DNA of 64,000 bases. Origin: Candidatus Velthaea sp. Lineage in GTDB: Bacteria > Vulcanimicrobiota > Vulcanimicrobiia > Vulcanimicrobiales > Vulcanimicrobiaceae. The stretch covers positions 416,001-480,000 of the forward strand of contig CBDCCS010000018.1 in assembly GCA_965214935.1 (NCBI GenBank), given 5' to 3'. The notes under the pieces are model-generated. The model searched no databases, was not told where the DNA came from, and saw only the letters and a program-made list of their open reading frames with translations. The translations under genes and the position numbers were made by a program. Below, in pieces: positions 41,600 to 51,761 of the stretch (the first letter of the stretch is position 1; every line of letters starts with the position of its first letter).

Positions 41600-43650
41600 A
41601 TGTCGACGCTCTTAAGCCGCTTCCGCCTTGCCGTGAAATTGCAGGCAGCATTCGGCTTGGTCATGCTGCTTTTTATCGTCAACATCGTGGCGATTCTCAT
41701 GCTCAACGGCAGAGTCGACGAGTTTCGTAATTATCAGGTAACGCATTTGTTGCCGGCGCGCTTAGCGGCCTTGCAGGCCCGGGCGCTGCTATGGAAATTC
41801 GACGACATGGCGTCGTACCGGTTGATGGAACTGCGTTCGGATAAGCAACGCCTGCTCGAGATTGCCTATCGCAACACGGCCGCGGCAGTCGCCGAGCGGA
41901 TTGCCGGTGCGCAAAAGTTTGCCGATAACGACGTGCAACGCCGATCGCTCGACGACTATCATCGTTTTATGGACGGCCCGCATGGTTACATTGCCGCAAA
42001 CAGCGCGGTCTTTGCCAAGCTCGAAGCCGGACAGCGTGAAGCAGCGCAACGCTTGTATGCCGGTACGTTACCCGATGCCGCCGATGCGGCACTCAACACG
42101 TTCGTTGCCGATATCAATCGCCAAATCGGCTCGGGTAACGCGGAAAACGTCCGGCTTGCGACCCTTGCGCTTCGACTCGGTATCGGCTTGGGCATCGGTG
42201 CCTTGGTGCTCGGTGTCGCCATCGCCGCAGTTCTGTCACGCAGCATCTCACGCGCGGTCGGTACGACCACTGCGGCGCTCAACGAGGTCGTTGCGACAGA
42301 CGTCGCGGCGTTTACCAATGCGATCGAACGGCTCGCTCAGGGCGACTTAACGGCTCGAGTGAACTCGACGCGTCCGCCGCTGCCCGTCAACGGCAATGAT
42401 GAAATCGCCTCGCTCGTCAAAACATACAATTCACTGACGACGGCTATGGGCGTTATGGCCGGGCAATACACGTCGGCAATGAACGGCTTGCGCGATTTGA
42501 TTTCCGGCGTGGCATCCGCCAGCGCGTCGCTCGCAGCCGCCTCGGATCAAGCATCATCGGCGGCGAACGAGTCGACAACGGCGGTCGGACACATCGCGCT
42601 AGCCGTCGATTCGGTGTCGCAAGGGGCAAACGAACAAGCTGCAAAAATCGGCGACACCGCGACGGCGATTGAAGAGTTGGCTCGCACGGCCGAACAGATT
42701 GCGGCCGTAGCGACGAATCAAGCCGAATCGATCGCGATAACGACATCGGCGCTCGCAAAACTCGACGACGGCATCGAGGCACTCAGTGCGCAAAGCTCGA
42801 CGCTCACCACGTCCGCGCGGGACGCGGCGGTCGAGGCGGCGGCCGGAATCGCCGCCGTTGCAGAGACCGCCGGTACGATCACGCAGCTCAAGACGGTGAC
42901 GGCAAAAGCTGCCGCGGCGATGGTTAGCCTTGAGCAGCGTTCGTCGCAGGTCGAACAAATCGTCGAAACGATCGAAGATATCGCCGATCAAACCAATTTG
43001 TTAGCGCTCAACGCCGCGATCGAAGCCGCACGTGCCGGCGAACACGGTCGTGGTTTTGCCGTGGTCGCCGATGAAGTGCGAAAATTAGCCGAGCGCAGCT
43101 CGATCGCAACGCGCGAAATCTCGACCATTCTCGGCGACGTTAAGCGTGAAACCGTGTCGGCCGCAGAAGCGATGCGCTCGTCATCGGCTTCAATGGACGC
43201 CGGTATTGCCGTCTCCGATCGGGCGGCGCGATCGATCGAGAGCGTGCGCGCTGCGGTTGCCACGACGACGACGGTCTCCGAGTCCTTAGCGATTCAAGCC
43301 AATCAGATGCGCGAAGCGTCGCTGCGCGTCACCGATAACATGGCGAGCACATCGGCGGCAGTTGATGAAAACTCGGCCGCCGCCGCGCAGATGCGCAGCA
43401 CGACCGAACATATAACGCTGACGATGATGCCGATTGCCGCGACCGCGTCGTCGAATGCGAGCGCGGCGGATGAAGCCGCGCTTTCAACGCGGCATCTGCA
43501 AATCGGGATTTCGGAGATAGAGATTACGGCGCGTTCACTCCGCGATCAGCGGAGCAATTACGCAATCTCGTTGCGACATTCAATGTCGATGAAGAACAAA
43601 CGCCGCTTGCACTATCCGGATCGGCGCGTTCGCTCGTCCGGATGTCGTAA
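41600..43650 (+). CDS. Methyl-accepting chemotaxis protein, with an apparent 1-nt frameshift near the 3' end
   Basis: Two TM helices, [42 protein letters not shown]. The expected tail continues in another frame from ~43549 to TAA 43650; as sequenced the ORF runs to 43723. Confidence 0.9.
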
Positions 43651-43654
43651 GGTC

Positions 43655-44299
43655 TTAGACGAAGCCGGCCTTGATAGCGTAGACTGCCGCTTGGGTCCGG
43701 GCCGATACGTTGAGCTTGGATAAGATCCGGCTGACGTAATTCTTGATCGTCTTCTCGGAAAGCTTCAGCTTGGCGCCGATCTCCTTGTTGGCCAAGCCGC
43801 CTGCGATGAGCCGCAAGATATCGGCTTCACGCGTCGTCAAATCGCTGATTGCCGAACCGGAGTTCGCTTCGTAGCGGCGTTTGAGCATGCCGCCTGCGAC
43901 GCGCGGGTCGACGTACGACGAACCGCTGGCAAGGACGCGGAATGCGACGTCCAGTTCGCTCGGCGAAATATCTTTGACCAAGAAGCCGTCGGCGCCGCAA
44001 GCGATGCTGCGTTGCATGACGTCGGCATTAGCAAAACTCGATAAAACGCAGAACCGAACGTTGGGACAGACGCTACGCGCAAGAGCGAGCGCTTCGGTTA
44101 CATCCAAGAGCGCGTTATCGAGTCCGAAGACGATCAGATCGGGCCGCGTCCGCTGCAGATCTTCGAGCCGAACCGATGGTGCATCGCCGACAACTTTGAT
44201 CAGCGGATTTTCATTGAGGAATGAGTGCAGAGCCTTCGCTATAAGCGATTGGCGTTCGATGACCAGAGTCTTGAGCGGAACGAAATCGAGAGCGATCAT
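43655..44299 (-). CDS. NarL/LuxR-family response regulator with an atypical receiver
   Basis: GADGFLVK and [22 protein letters not shown]...[21 protein letters not shown] upstream. Confidence 0.9.
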   Translation of the reverse strand: MIALDFVPLKTLVIERQSLIAKALHSFLNENPLIKVVGDAPSVRLEDLQRTRPDLIVFGLDNALLDVTEALALARSVCPNVRFCVLSSFANADVMQRSIACGADGFLVKDISPSELDVAFRVLASGSSYVDPRVAGGMLKRRYEANSGSAISDLTTREADILRLIAGGLANKEIGAKLKLSEKTIKNYVSRILSKLNVSARTQAAVYAIKAGFV

Positions 44300-44828
44300 G
44301 ATAAGCGCGTTCTCCTAAGATTTTACACCGAATGGCGCGTCGGGAAATAACCGACGGTATGGACTTATGGTAGGGCAAGTCGGCTCTGCGGGGACTTCTC
44401 AAAACTTAGTATTTTTTTACCGAAACCACACAATAGTCGAGGAGCAATAGGCATATCCGCAGAGGTCTTTTAGCGCGCACGTACCATGCGATTCTGCTTG
44501 CGGCCCGGTTCCAATTGTAAGCGCATTAAAACATCGAGCGCATCCGTAGAGCACAGCAGTACGTACGTAATGTAATTGGCGTTCAATGCTCGTTGCCGAA
44601 CGCGTTGTACGATCGCGGCTGTCGCACTCGAGCGTGTTGACTCGAAACCGGCGACTGCTGGCGGCGATCGATTCGCCGAACGTCGATGCAGCGTCTACTG
44701 CTGTTGCCGCCCCTTGTATCTACGAACGGCGGGATGATTCGCGCACCCGTCTATGCAGTGCGCGCCGGCTGTCCGATACTCACGACGCCTGCATCGCGCA
44801 TGCTTCGAGAGACCGATTGAAGCACAAA

Positions 44829-44846
44829 TGCCCGCGTTCGCGGGCA
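44829..44846 (-). terminator. Hairpin downstream of tRNA-Ala
   Basis: TGCCCGCG/CGCGGGCA inverted repeat followed by TTTG on the minus strand. Confidence 0.5.
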
Positions 44847-44854
44847 GTGTTGAT

Positions 44855-44930
44855 TGGTGGAGATGTGCGGATTCGAACCGCAGACCCCTTACATGCGAAG
44901 CAAGTGCTCTACCAACTGAGCTACATCCCC
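44855..44930 (-). tRNA. tRNA-Ala (anticodon CGC)
   Basis: GGGGATGTAGCTCAGTTGGTAGAGCACTTGCTTCGCATGTAAGGGGTCTGCGGTTCGAATCCGCACATCTCCACCA; cloverleaf, G3:U70 pair, encoded CCA. Confidence 0.97.
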
Positions 44931-45010
44931 ATGGGCCGTTCGCGATTCTACCAAGTCCGGTAACGCATGTCAAAGGTCCGCCGGTACACGGCGCCGATAG
45001 TTCGAGGGCG

Positions 45011-45880
45011 ATGATCTTCCCCCGTTGGGCGGCACTGGCCGTCGTGCTGCTTGCCGGGTGTTCGCAGCACCCGATTCAGGCAGCGGCCGGCGGGCTGATG
45101 GTGGTAGCGACGACGTCGACGCTGGCGTCGCTGGCGACCGGCGTCGTCGGCGATCCGAGTCGCGTCCGCAGCCTCGTCCCCGTCGGCGCGTCACCCGAAG
45201 ATTATCAGCCGGCGCCGCAAGATATTGAAGCGATCCACGATGCCGGCGTCTTGATTGAAAACGGTGCCAACCTCGAAGGCTGGCTGCAAGCCGATCTCGA
45301 TAACGCCCGCAATCCCAAGCTTGCGGTCGTGACATGCGCCGACGGATTGCCGGTCCGCGACAACAATCCGCATCTCTGGATGGACCCGCAATTTGCCCGG
45401 GCCTACGTCCGCCGGATTCGCGATGTACTCGTGCGTGCCGATCCGGCCGGCGCCCAAACGTACCGGCGCAATGCCGCAGCGTACGATGCGGCTTTGCAGC
45501 AACTGATCGTTCGCACGCGGCGGAAGATAACCGCGATCCCGCCGGGGCAGCGGAACATGATAATTTTTCACAACGCCTTTCTCTACTATAATGCGCGCTT
45601 CGGTCTGCGCACGGTCGGTGTCATCGAAGTGCATCCCGGCACCGATCCCAGTCCCGATCACTTGGGTGCGATCGTTGCGCTGGCGCGAGCCAATCACGTA
45701 CGCGCGGTTTTTGCCGAACCCGAGTACAGTCCGAAGCTGGTCGCAGCATTAGCTCAAAGCGCCGGAATTCGTACCATCGAGAATCTGTATGACGACTCGG
45801 TCGGCACCGATGCTAAGGTTGCGACTTACGTCGGCATGATCGATTACGATACCGACGCCATCGTGAGCGCGCTCCGGTGA
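45011..45880 (+). CDS. Zn/Mn ABC transporter substrate-binding lipoprotein
   Basis: Lipobox LAGC, NGANLEGW, NPHLWMDP, FHNAFLYY, VFAEP. Confidence 0.92.
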   Translation: MIFPRWAALAVVLLAGCSQHPIQAAAGGLMVVATTSTLASLATGVVGDPSRVRSLVPVGASPEDYQPAPQDIEAIHDAGVLIENGANLEGWLQADLDNARNPKLAVVTCADGLPVRDNNPHLWMDPQFARAYVRRIRDVLVRADPAGAQTYRRNAAAYDAALQQLIVRTRRKITAIPPGQRNMIIFHNAFLYYNARFGLRTVGVIEVHPGTDPSPDHLGAIVALARANHVRAVFAEPEYSPKLVAALAQSAGIRTIENLYDDSVGTDAKVATYVGMIDYDTDAIVSALR

Positions 45881-46626
45881 TCGCGGTCGACACGCACGGC
45901 CTGAGCGTTCGGTACGACCGGGTGGTCGCACTCGACGGCGTCACCTTTTCGCTTTCCGGTGGCGTTGCGCTCGGCATCGTCGGCCCGAACGGTTCGGGCA
46001 AGTCGACGCTGCTCAAGACGATTGCCGGTCTCATTGCGCCGGTGGCCGGCTCGTTGACCGTCTTCGGTAAGCGGCCGCGGGATCTCGCGCCCGGCACGAT
46101 CGGTTACGTGCCGCAAATCGAAGAGGTCGATTGGAATTTTCCGGCCAGCGTCCGCGATGTTGTGGCAATGGGGCGCTATCCCCGGCTCGGTGCGTTCGCG
46201 CGTTTCACGAAGAGAGATCGGGCCGCCGTCGACGCAGCGCTCGAAGCGCTCGATTTAACGAAGCTGGCTGCACGCCACATCTCCGAACTCTCCGGCGGTC
46301 AGCAGCAGCGTGCATTCGTTGCGCGCGCCATCGCGCAAGAACCGGATCTGCTCCTGCTCGACGAACCGACGACCGGTGTCGATGCCGCGACCGAAGACTC
46401 ACTGCTGCATGTGATCCGGTCGCTTGTTGCACGCGGCATGCCGGTACTCATGACGACGCACGATCTCGATCGCGCGCCGGAGTGGTTCGATCGTCTCATG
46501 GTCGTCGACCGGCGCATTCTCGCCGACGGCGATCCGGCAAGCGTGCTGGCCGGTGGTGCGTACACGGGCAGCCGCGAGCACGCGCATGGACACGGGCACA
46601 CCCGAACGGAACGCGCTAACGTATGA
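45877..46626 (+). CDS. Zn/Mn ABC transporter ATP-binding protein
   Basis: GPNGSGKST, GYVPQ, LSGGQQQR, LLLDEP, His-rich tail. Confidence 0.93.
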   Translation: MIAVDTHGLSVRYDRVVALDGVTFSLSGGVALGIVGPNGSGKSTLLKTIAGLIAPVAGSLTVFGKRPRDLAPGTIGYVPQIEEVDWNFPASVRDVVAMGRYPRLGAFARFTKRDRAAVDAALEALDLTKLAARHISELSGGQQQRAFVARAIAQEPDLLLLDEPTTGVDAATEDSLLHVIRSLVARGMPVLMTTHDLDRAPEWFDRLMVVDRRILADGDPASVLAGGAYTGSREHAHGHGHTRTERANV

Positions 46627-47474
46627 ACGACGGAATCCTGGCGCCGTTCGCTTTCGAGTTCATGCAGCGCGCGTTCATTGCCGCGCTTATCGTCGGCTTG
46701 CTGTGCTCGATGATGGGCACCTATGTCGTTCTGCGCAAGCTATCGTTCATCGGCGACGGTCTCGCGCACGCGTCGTTTGCCGGCATTGTGATTGCGTATC
46801 TGCGCGGCCTCAACTACGCCGTCGGCGCGGGCATCGTCGCGGTCGCTACCGCGCTGAGCATCGGCTGGGTGCACCGGCGCGCGAAAGTCTCGCTCGACAC
46901 CTCGATCGGCGTACTCTTTACGGGCGCTTTTGCACTCGGAATTTTCCTGATGAGCCGCTCGACGCGCTCGACGATCGATCTGCAGAGCTATCTGTTCGGC
47001 GACATCCTCGGTGTCTCACGCGGCGATCTGGCCTTGATTGCAACGCTCGCGGTAATCGTGGCGATTACCGTCGCGGCACTGTACCGGCCGCTGCTTTACA
47101 CGTCGTTCGATCCGGTTGTCGCACAGGCCAGCGGCATCCGGGCAATCTTCGTCGACGACGTGTTGCTCATACTGCTCTCGTTAACGATCATCGTCTCACT
47201 GCAATCCGTGGGCATCATTCTCGTCGCAGCGCTGCTCGTGACACCCGCGGCGGCCGCCGCGCAACTTACGCGCCGGTTCGTGCCGATGCTGCTGCTATCC
47301 GGCTGTTTTGGTGTCATCGCGTCGGTCGGCGGACTGTATCTCTCGTATGAGTTGCGCTCGGCAAGCGGCGCGACGATCGTGCTGCTCGCGACGCTGCTCT
47401 TCTTCGCAGCGGTCGGAGTCAATCTGCTCCGTCGCCGCCGTCCGGCGCGTATGGCGCCGGGTCTGCCCGAGTAG
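46623..47474 (+). CDS. Zn/Mn ABC transporter permease
   Basis: FMQRAF, GDGLAHASFAG, YLFGDIL, SFDP, VGIILVAALLVTPAAAA. Confidence 0.93.
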   Translation: MNDGILAPFAFEFMQRAFIAALIVGLLCSMMGTYVVLRKLSFIGDGLAHASFAGIVIAYLRGLNYAVGAGIVAVATALSIGWVHRRAKVSLDTSIGVLFTGAFALGIFLMSRSTRSTIDLQSYLFGDILGVSRGDLALIATLAVIVAITVAALYRPLLYTSFDPVVAQASGIRAIFVDDVLLILLSLTIIVSLQSVGIILVAALLVTPAAAAAQLTRRFVPMLLLSGCFGVIASVGGLYLSYELRSASGATIVLLATLLFFAAVGVNLLRRRRPARMAPGLPE

Positions 47475-47487
47475 CCGGAGCGAACGT

Positions 47488-48390
47488 CTGCGCACCTTCG
47501 CGCTGCTATTTGCCCTTCTGTTCGGTTGTTCGAGCGAAAGCCGTCACGATATCGTGGCAGTATCGATAACCGGAAGTACCTGCCCAAATTGTCTTGACGA
47601 TGTCGTAATCAAGCGCGGCGGTAGCTTTAACGATCTCGCACAGACTGGTGCGGAAGCATTCGACCGTAACGCAGCTGAAAGCACGATTGCCGATCTGCCC
47701 ATCGACGAATTACGCGACGCGGACCGGCTGCCGCAGCTAGAGTTGCCTGCAACGGTCGTCATTGTAGGAGTTTCGTACCGCGACGGACGCGAGGAGCGCG
47801 CAGCTGTACCGATTGGGCGCATTTCTTACGCCGCTATCCGCCGCTTACAAAACTGGACGGGCTACGCGGATTGGCAAGCGACGCTCGTTATCATGAAACG
47901 TCGATGGCAAGCGCTTCGCGATGCGTTCGATCGAGGTGGCTTTCGTTCGATAACATTTGAATCTCTCGGTTGCTACGGATGGTGTCCGTTGTATTCTGCC
48001 AGCTTTCGTTCGGACGGCTCGGCGACTATTCACGATCGCGGCCGCAATTGCGATATAACTGCGAAAGCTTTTGTGCCCTTCGGTCGTATCGTAGCGGCTG
48101 CATCATCGGCCGGCGCGAGTCGGCTGCGACCGGTTTATCCAATCCAGGCGAGCGACACGTTTGGAGCTCGAATAACGCTCCGTACGGCAAAGACGACTTT
48201 CGTTTCCGAAGGTCGCGACCGAACGTCTTGGGATCAGGTATTCTTAGCGACGCAAAGCCGGCTCGATCAAATCGTGCGGGATACGAAATGGTCGCCGGCT
48301 GTCGATCTTGGCCGTTGCGCCGGCGGGCCGAATGTCGGCGCTACCACGCACGCGCAAAGGAACCCCCGGGCGTCCCGGCCCGGGCTTTGA
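47488..48390 (+). CDS. Hypothetical lipoprotein with a DUF6438-like CxGxCP domain
   Basis: Lipobox LFGC and ITFESLGCYGWCPLYSASFRSDG. The start is uncertain (CTG after GGAG). Confidence 0.55.
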   Translation: MRTFALLFALLFGCSSESRHDIVAVSITGSTCPNCLDDVVIKRGGSFNDLAQTGAEAFDRNAAESTIADLPIDELRDADRLPQLELPATVVIVGVSYRDGREERAAVPIGRISYAAIRRLQNWTGYADWQATLVIMKRRWQALRDAFDRGGFRSITFESLGCYGWCPLYSASFRSDGSATIHDRGRNCDITAKAFVPFGRIVAAASSAGASRLRPVYPIQASDTFGARITLRTAKTTFVSEGRDRTSWDQVFLATQSRLDQIVRDTKWSPAVDLGRCAGGPNVGATTHAQRNPRASRPGL

Positions 48391-48433
48391 TCGCGTCGCT
48401 CTTGATATCCGTCACCGTACAATGCGCGGCCGA

Positions 48434-50170
48434 TCAACGCAGCGCATCGGCGGCCGGCTTCTCGAGCAGCGACCCGAGCCCGGTCACGGCATCGTAGCCG
48501 GCGCGCACGGCACATCCGTGCGGTTGTACCGCCGTGCAACCGGTGACGGGTTTGAGCGGCGGCGGAAGCTGACCGCGGAAGTCGGCCGGTAGCGGCAGAC
48601 GCTGCGGCCGCAGATTGTTATCGATGTAACCACGGTCGTTTTCGCGTTGCACGTCACGGAACGCCGCGGGCGCCGCCTTTGCCAGCGCATAGAGGTCGCC
48701 GGCAATGACCAACCGCTTTGCCGGCGGTACGACGGAATCGATGGCGGCGAGTTGCGCGCCGACGACGGCCGCGCTTTCGCTCGTTCCGCCGACGCCGCCT
48801 AAGCCGTAGCCGTGCCAGTAGATGCGCAGATGTCCGGCAGCGTCGCCCGAGACGTCGGGTACCATGCGGTTCTTGATGAACTGCGGTGAAAATTCAAACG
48901 ACGCCGCGGCATCCTGCCAAGCCGGGCGCGGCTCGAGCGAGATACCGCCGCCCGTTGCATGTTCGCCGTCGTTCCAAGGCGCCTCGTCCCACGCGCCGTC
49001 GCGGTCGCCGACTTGCGTACCGCCGGCACAAATGACGTAAGTCGAGACGCACGGATACGCGACGGCGGCCGTTTCAACACCCGGAATACGGTAGCCGTAG
49101 GCGCCGTCGTCACCGGCGGGCACGACGAGCGGAATGCCGCGCACCACCGCCTCGAGCAGCGGGATCGACGGCCGTCCGTACAGCGCGCCGACCGGTCCCA
49201 GCGCGTCGCCGACCGTGAATGGGAACACGACGACGGTCGGTGCGTCACGATCGTCGAGCGCGCGTTCGAGGGCCAGCGTACCGTCGTTGCCGAGCGAGCA
49301 CACGTCTTCGTAATCAAGCACGATCGTTGCGAGCGGCGCGAGCGTCAGCGCTGCATCGGCATCGAGCGCCGGCTCTTGTCCGCGGTCGTCGCGGCCGCAT
49401 TGCGACGCCGACGCTTTAAAAGCGAAGCTGCGCTCGATGACCCGTTCGGCCGTGGCGCCCGGCGGCGCGCCGTCGTTGCTCAAGAACGGGCCGATGTCGC
49501 GCAGATCGAACCGGTCCGATGCATCTTCAACGATCGAGATCCGCTCGTTCGCGCCGCCGTTGGGAATCGCTTGATACGCTTCGCGAAACTTTTCGGGCGT
49601 ATACCAGTCGCCGCGAAAAAGCGTAAAGCTCGGAACGTCGGCAAGTCGCGGCGTCGTTGCAGCGACGACCCCGTGCACGGCGCGCACGTTGGCTAGCGGT
49701 ACCGTCAGCGGACCGAGCGGCGCGATCGCGTTCCGCGCACCGGCTGTATAGCGCTCGAAACGCACCCCGAACGCGCGTTGCGCATGGGCGATGTCGATGA
49801 TCCCGCCGCCGACCAAACCGTTGCGCGATACATACACGTCGGTCGCACCGTTATTGCGCAAAAACGTTGCCAACGCATCGCCGTCGCGGCCGTTGCGCCC
49901 GAAGCGCGCGTTGAATGCATCGTAACTTAGCGGCTGCCGGTGTATTGCGGCAGCCGGATCCGTCATGCTCGCCGCCAGGCCGTCAAGATCGGCTTTGGGC
50001 TGGTACTCGACGGCGATCCGCAGGAGCGTCCGCAGATCGGCGGGACCCGCAGCGGTCATCCCCGCAACCTGGCCGACCGGCACCGTGACCCGCGACGTTG
50101 CCGCACCGGCTGCAACGGGCAGCAGAAGCAGGGCGAACGCAACGGCAACGCAACTTTTTAGATCGATCAT
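48434..50170 (-). CDS. S53 (sedolisin/kumamolisin-like) serine peptidase with prodomain
   Basis: Signal peptide; EPALD, AGDDGA, GGTSESA, GYDAVTGLGS. Confidence 0.85.
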   Translation of the reverse strand: MIDLKSCVAVAFALLLLPVAAGAATSRVTVPVGQVAGMTAAGPADLRTLLRIAVEYQPKADLDGLAASMTDPAAAIHRQPLSYDAFNARFGRNGRDGDALATFLRNNGATDVYVSRNGLVGGGIIDIAHAQRAFGVRFERYTAGARNAIAPLGPLTVPLANVRAVHGVVAATTPRLADVPSFTLFRGDWYTPEKFREAYQAIPNGGANERISIVEDASDRFDLRDIGPFLSNDGAPPGATAERVIERSFAFKASASQCGRDDRGQEPALDADAALTLAPLATIVLDYEDVCSLGNDGTLALERALDDRDAPTVVVFPFTVGDALGPVGALYGRPSIPLLEAVVRGIPLVVPAGDDGAYGYRIPGVETAAVAYPCVSTYVICAGGTQVGDRDGAWDEAPWNDGEHATGGGISLEPRPAWQDAAASFEFSPQFIKNRMVPDVSGDAAGHLRIYWHGYGLGGVGGTSESAAVVGAQLAAIDSVVPPAKRLVIAGDLYALAKAAPAAFRDVQRENDRGYIDNNLRPQRLPLPADFRGQLPPPLKPVTGCTAVQPHGCAVRAGYDAVTGLGSLLEKPAADALR

Positions 50171-50216
50171 CGCTCGAAAGAACACAACGACTCCGTCCGG
50201 AGGATGGCAACGCCTA

Positions 50217-50999
50217 ATGGAACGCAACGCGTTCGTCAAGAGTCTCGCGGCAACCGTCGGCCTAACACAGCTGACGCACGTTGCTGCGGCACGTGCACTC
50301 GACGAAGCCGACATCGGCCGCCAGTACTTCGCGCAACTTCGCGAAACGGGCGACCTGCTGTTCGACTCCGCGTACTACGAACATCTTAACGAAGTCGGCT
50401 CGGTCATTGCTGGGACCGTTCGCGAACGTTACGAGTATCCGATCCGGTACTACATCGTGCGGGGCGACTCGGCAAATGCGTTTTCGGTTCCCGGAGGCAA
50501 CATTTACGTCAACGAGCCGTTGCTGAAACTGGCCAAGAATCGCGACGAACTTGCCGGTGTCTTAGCGCACGAAGCCGGCCATATGGTGCTGCACCATGTT
50601 GCCAAGCACATTGCCGCGGCAAATAAAATGAACACGGTTGCAACGATCGGCTCGATTCTCGCGCAGGTGTTTGCCGGACCGCTTGGCGGCGCGGCTGCCG
50701 GTTACGGCATGCAAAACGCCGGCGATCGCGTGGACGCGAATTTGCAACGCCATATCGAAGCGCAAGCCGATGAAGAAGGTGCTCGCATCATCGCGGCAAC
50801 CAACACGTTCAACCCGTATGGGATGATCTGGTTTTTTCAGACGATGTCCGCAACGTATGGTAAGGGCCAAGCCGCCTGGTCGCGCTCGCATCCGCTCGAT
50901 CAGCAACGCATCGACGACTTGCGCAATCTGCTTACCGCCAATCCGCAAATTTTCGCCAAGTTCAAAGACACCCAACAACGCGAAGTCGCGTACTGGTAA
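50217..50999 (+). CDS. M48 family zinc metalloprotease (BepA/YfgC-like catalytic domain)
   Basis: NAFSVPGG, ELAGVLAHEAGH, EAQADEEG, SHP. Confidence 0.9.
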   Translation: MERNAFVKSLAATVGLTQLTHVAAARALDEADIGRQYFAQLRETGDLLFDSAYYEHLNEVGSVIAGTVRERYEYPIRYYIVRGDSANAFSVPGGNIYVNEPLLKLAKNRDELAGVLAHEAGHMVLHHVAKHIAAANKMNTVATIGSILAQVFAGPLGGAAAGYGMQNAGDRVDANLQRHIEAQADEEGARIIAATNTFNPYGMIWFFQTMSATYGKGQAAWSRSHPLDQQRIDDLRNLLTANPQIFAKFKDTQQREVAYW

Positions 51000-51005
51000 C
51001 GAGCG

Positions 51006-51761
51006 TTGCCCGGCGTCGTTCGCAGGCTCGTCACGCCGAGCGTACTAGCGGCCTTTGCTGCGCTCGAAAGCGGTTGCGCGTTCGACCCGTTGCCGCTGGG
51101 TGCGACCGTTCAGGCCCAATCGTTGCACGCGATCTGGGGGGTTTTCTTTTGGATCGGACTCGGCGTCGCGGCTGTCGTTTACGGACTCATCGGCTGGTGC
51201 ATCGTGCGTTACCGGCGGCGTGCGACCGATGTCGATTTCCCGAATCAATTCCGCCGCAACGACCGCATGGAAATCGTCTACACCGCGATCCCGATCGTCA
51301 TGGTCGCCGGATTGTTCGCTATTACATACCCCGCCGAGCGTCACGTCGAGACGATTGCGCGCAGCCAGGAAGTCGTCGTCAACGTGACCGGGTTCCGTTG
51401 GTCGTGGCGATTCGATTATCCGCAAACCGGAGCGAGCATCGTGGGTACCGCCGATTCACCGCCGCAAGTGGTGTTGCCGATCGGCGAAACGACTCGCTTC
51501 AACGTAACGTCGGTCGATGTCGATCACTCGTTTTGGGTACCGGCGTTTTTGTTTAAACGTGACGCAATTCCGGGCTTGGCGAACGTCTTTGACTGGACGC
51601 CCAATACGCTCGGCACCTTCCGTGGCGAATGCGGCGAGTTTTGCGGTCTCGACCACGCGATGATGTCGTTTTCGCTCAAGGTCGTAAGCCGAGCCGATTT
51701 TTCACGCTGGCTGCATGCGCAGCGGAACGTCGCGCTGAGCGGGAAAACACAGACACCGTGA
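51006..51761 (+). CDS. ctaC: Cytochrome c oxidase subunit II
   Basis: WSWRFDY, DVDHSFW, CuA motif CGEFCGLDHAMM; no fused cytochrome c. Confidence 0.95.
   Translation: MPGVVRRLVTPSVLAAFAALESGCAFDPLPLGATVQAQSLHAIWGVFFWIGLGVAAVVYGLIGWCIVRYRRRATDVDFPNQFRRNDRMEIVYTAIPIVMVAGLFAITYPAERHVETIARSQEVVVNVTGFRWSWRFDYPQTGASIVGTADSPPQVVLPIGETTRFNVTSVDVDHSFWVPAFLFKRDAIPGLANVFDWTPNTLGTFRGECGEFCGLDHAMMSFSLKVVSRADFSRWLHAQRNVALSGKTQTP

Noticed and set aside
44300..44830. c-di-GMP or other known riboswitch upstream of the regulator
   Set aside because: I could not find the GEMM-type conserved motifs on either strand.
41481..44854. Genomic island integrated at the tRNA-Ala 3' end
   Set aside because: No integrase and no duplicated tRNA 3' end (att site) found by eye; only a local AT-rich patch.
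44586..44973. ORFs 44586..44963 and 44695..44973
   Set aside because: They are translations through the tRNA gene.
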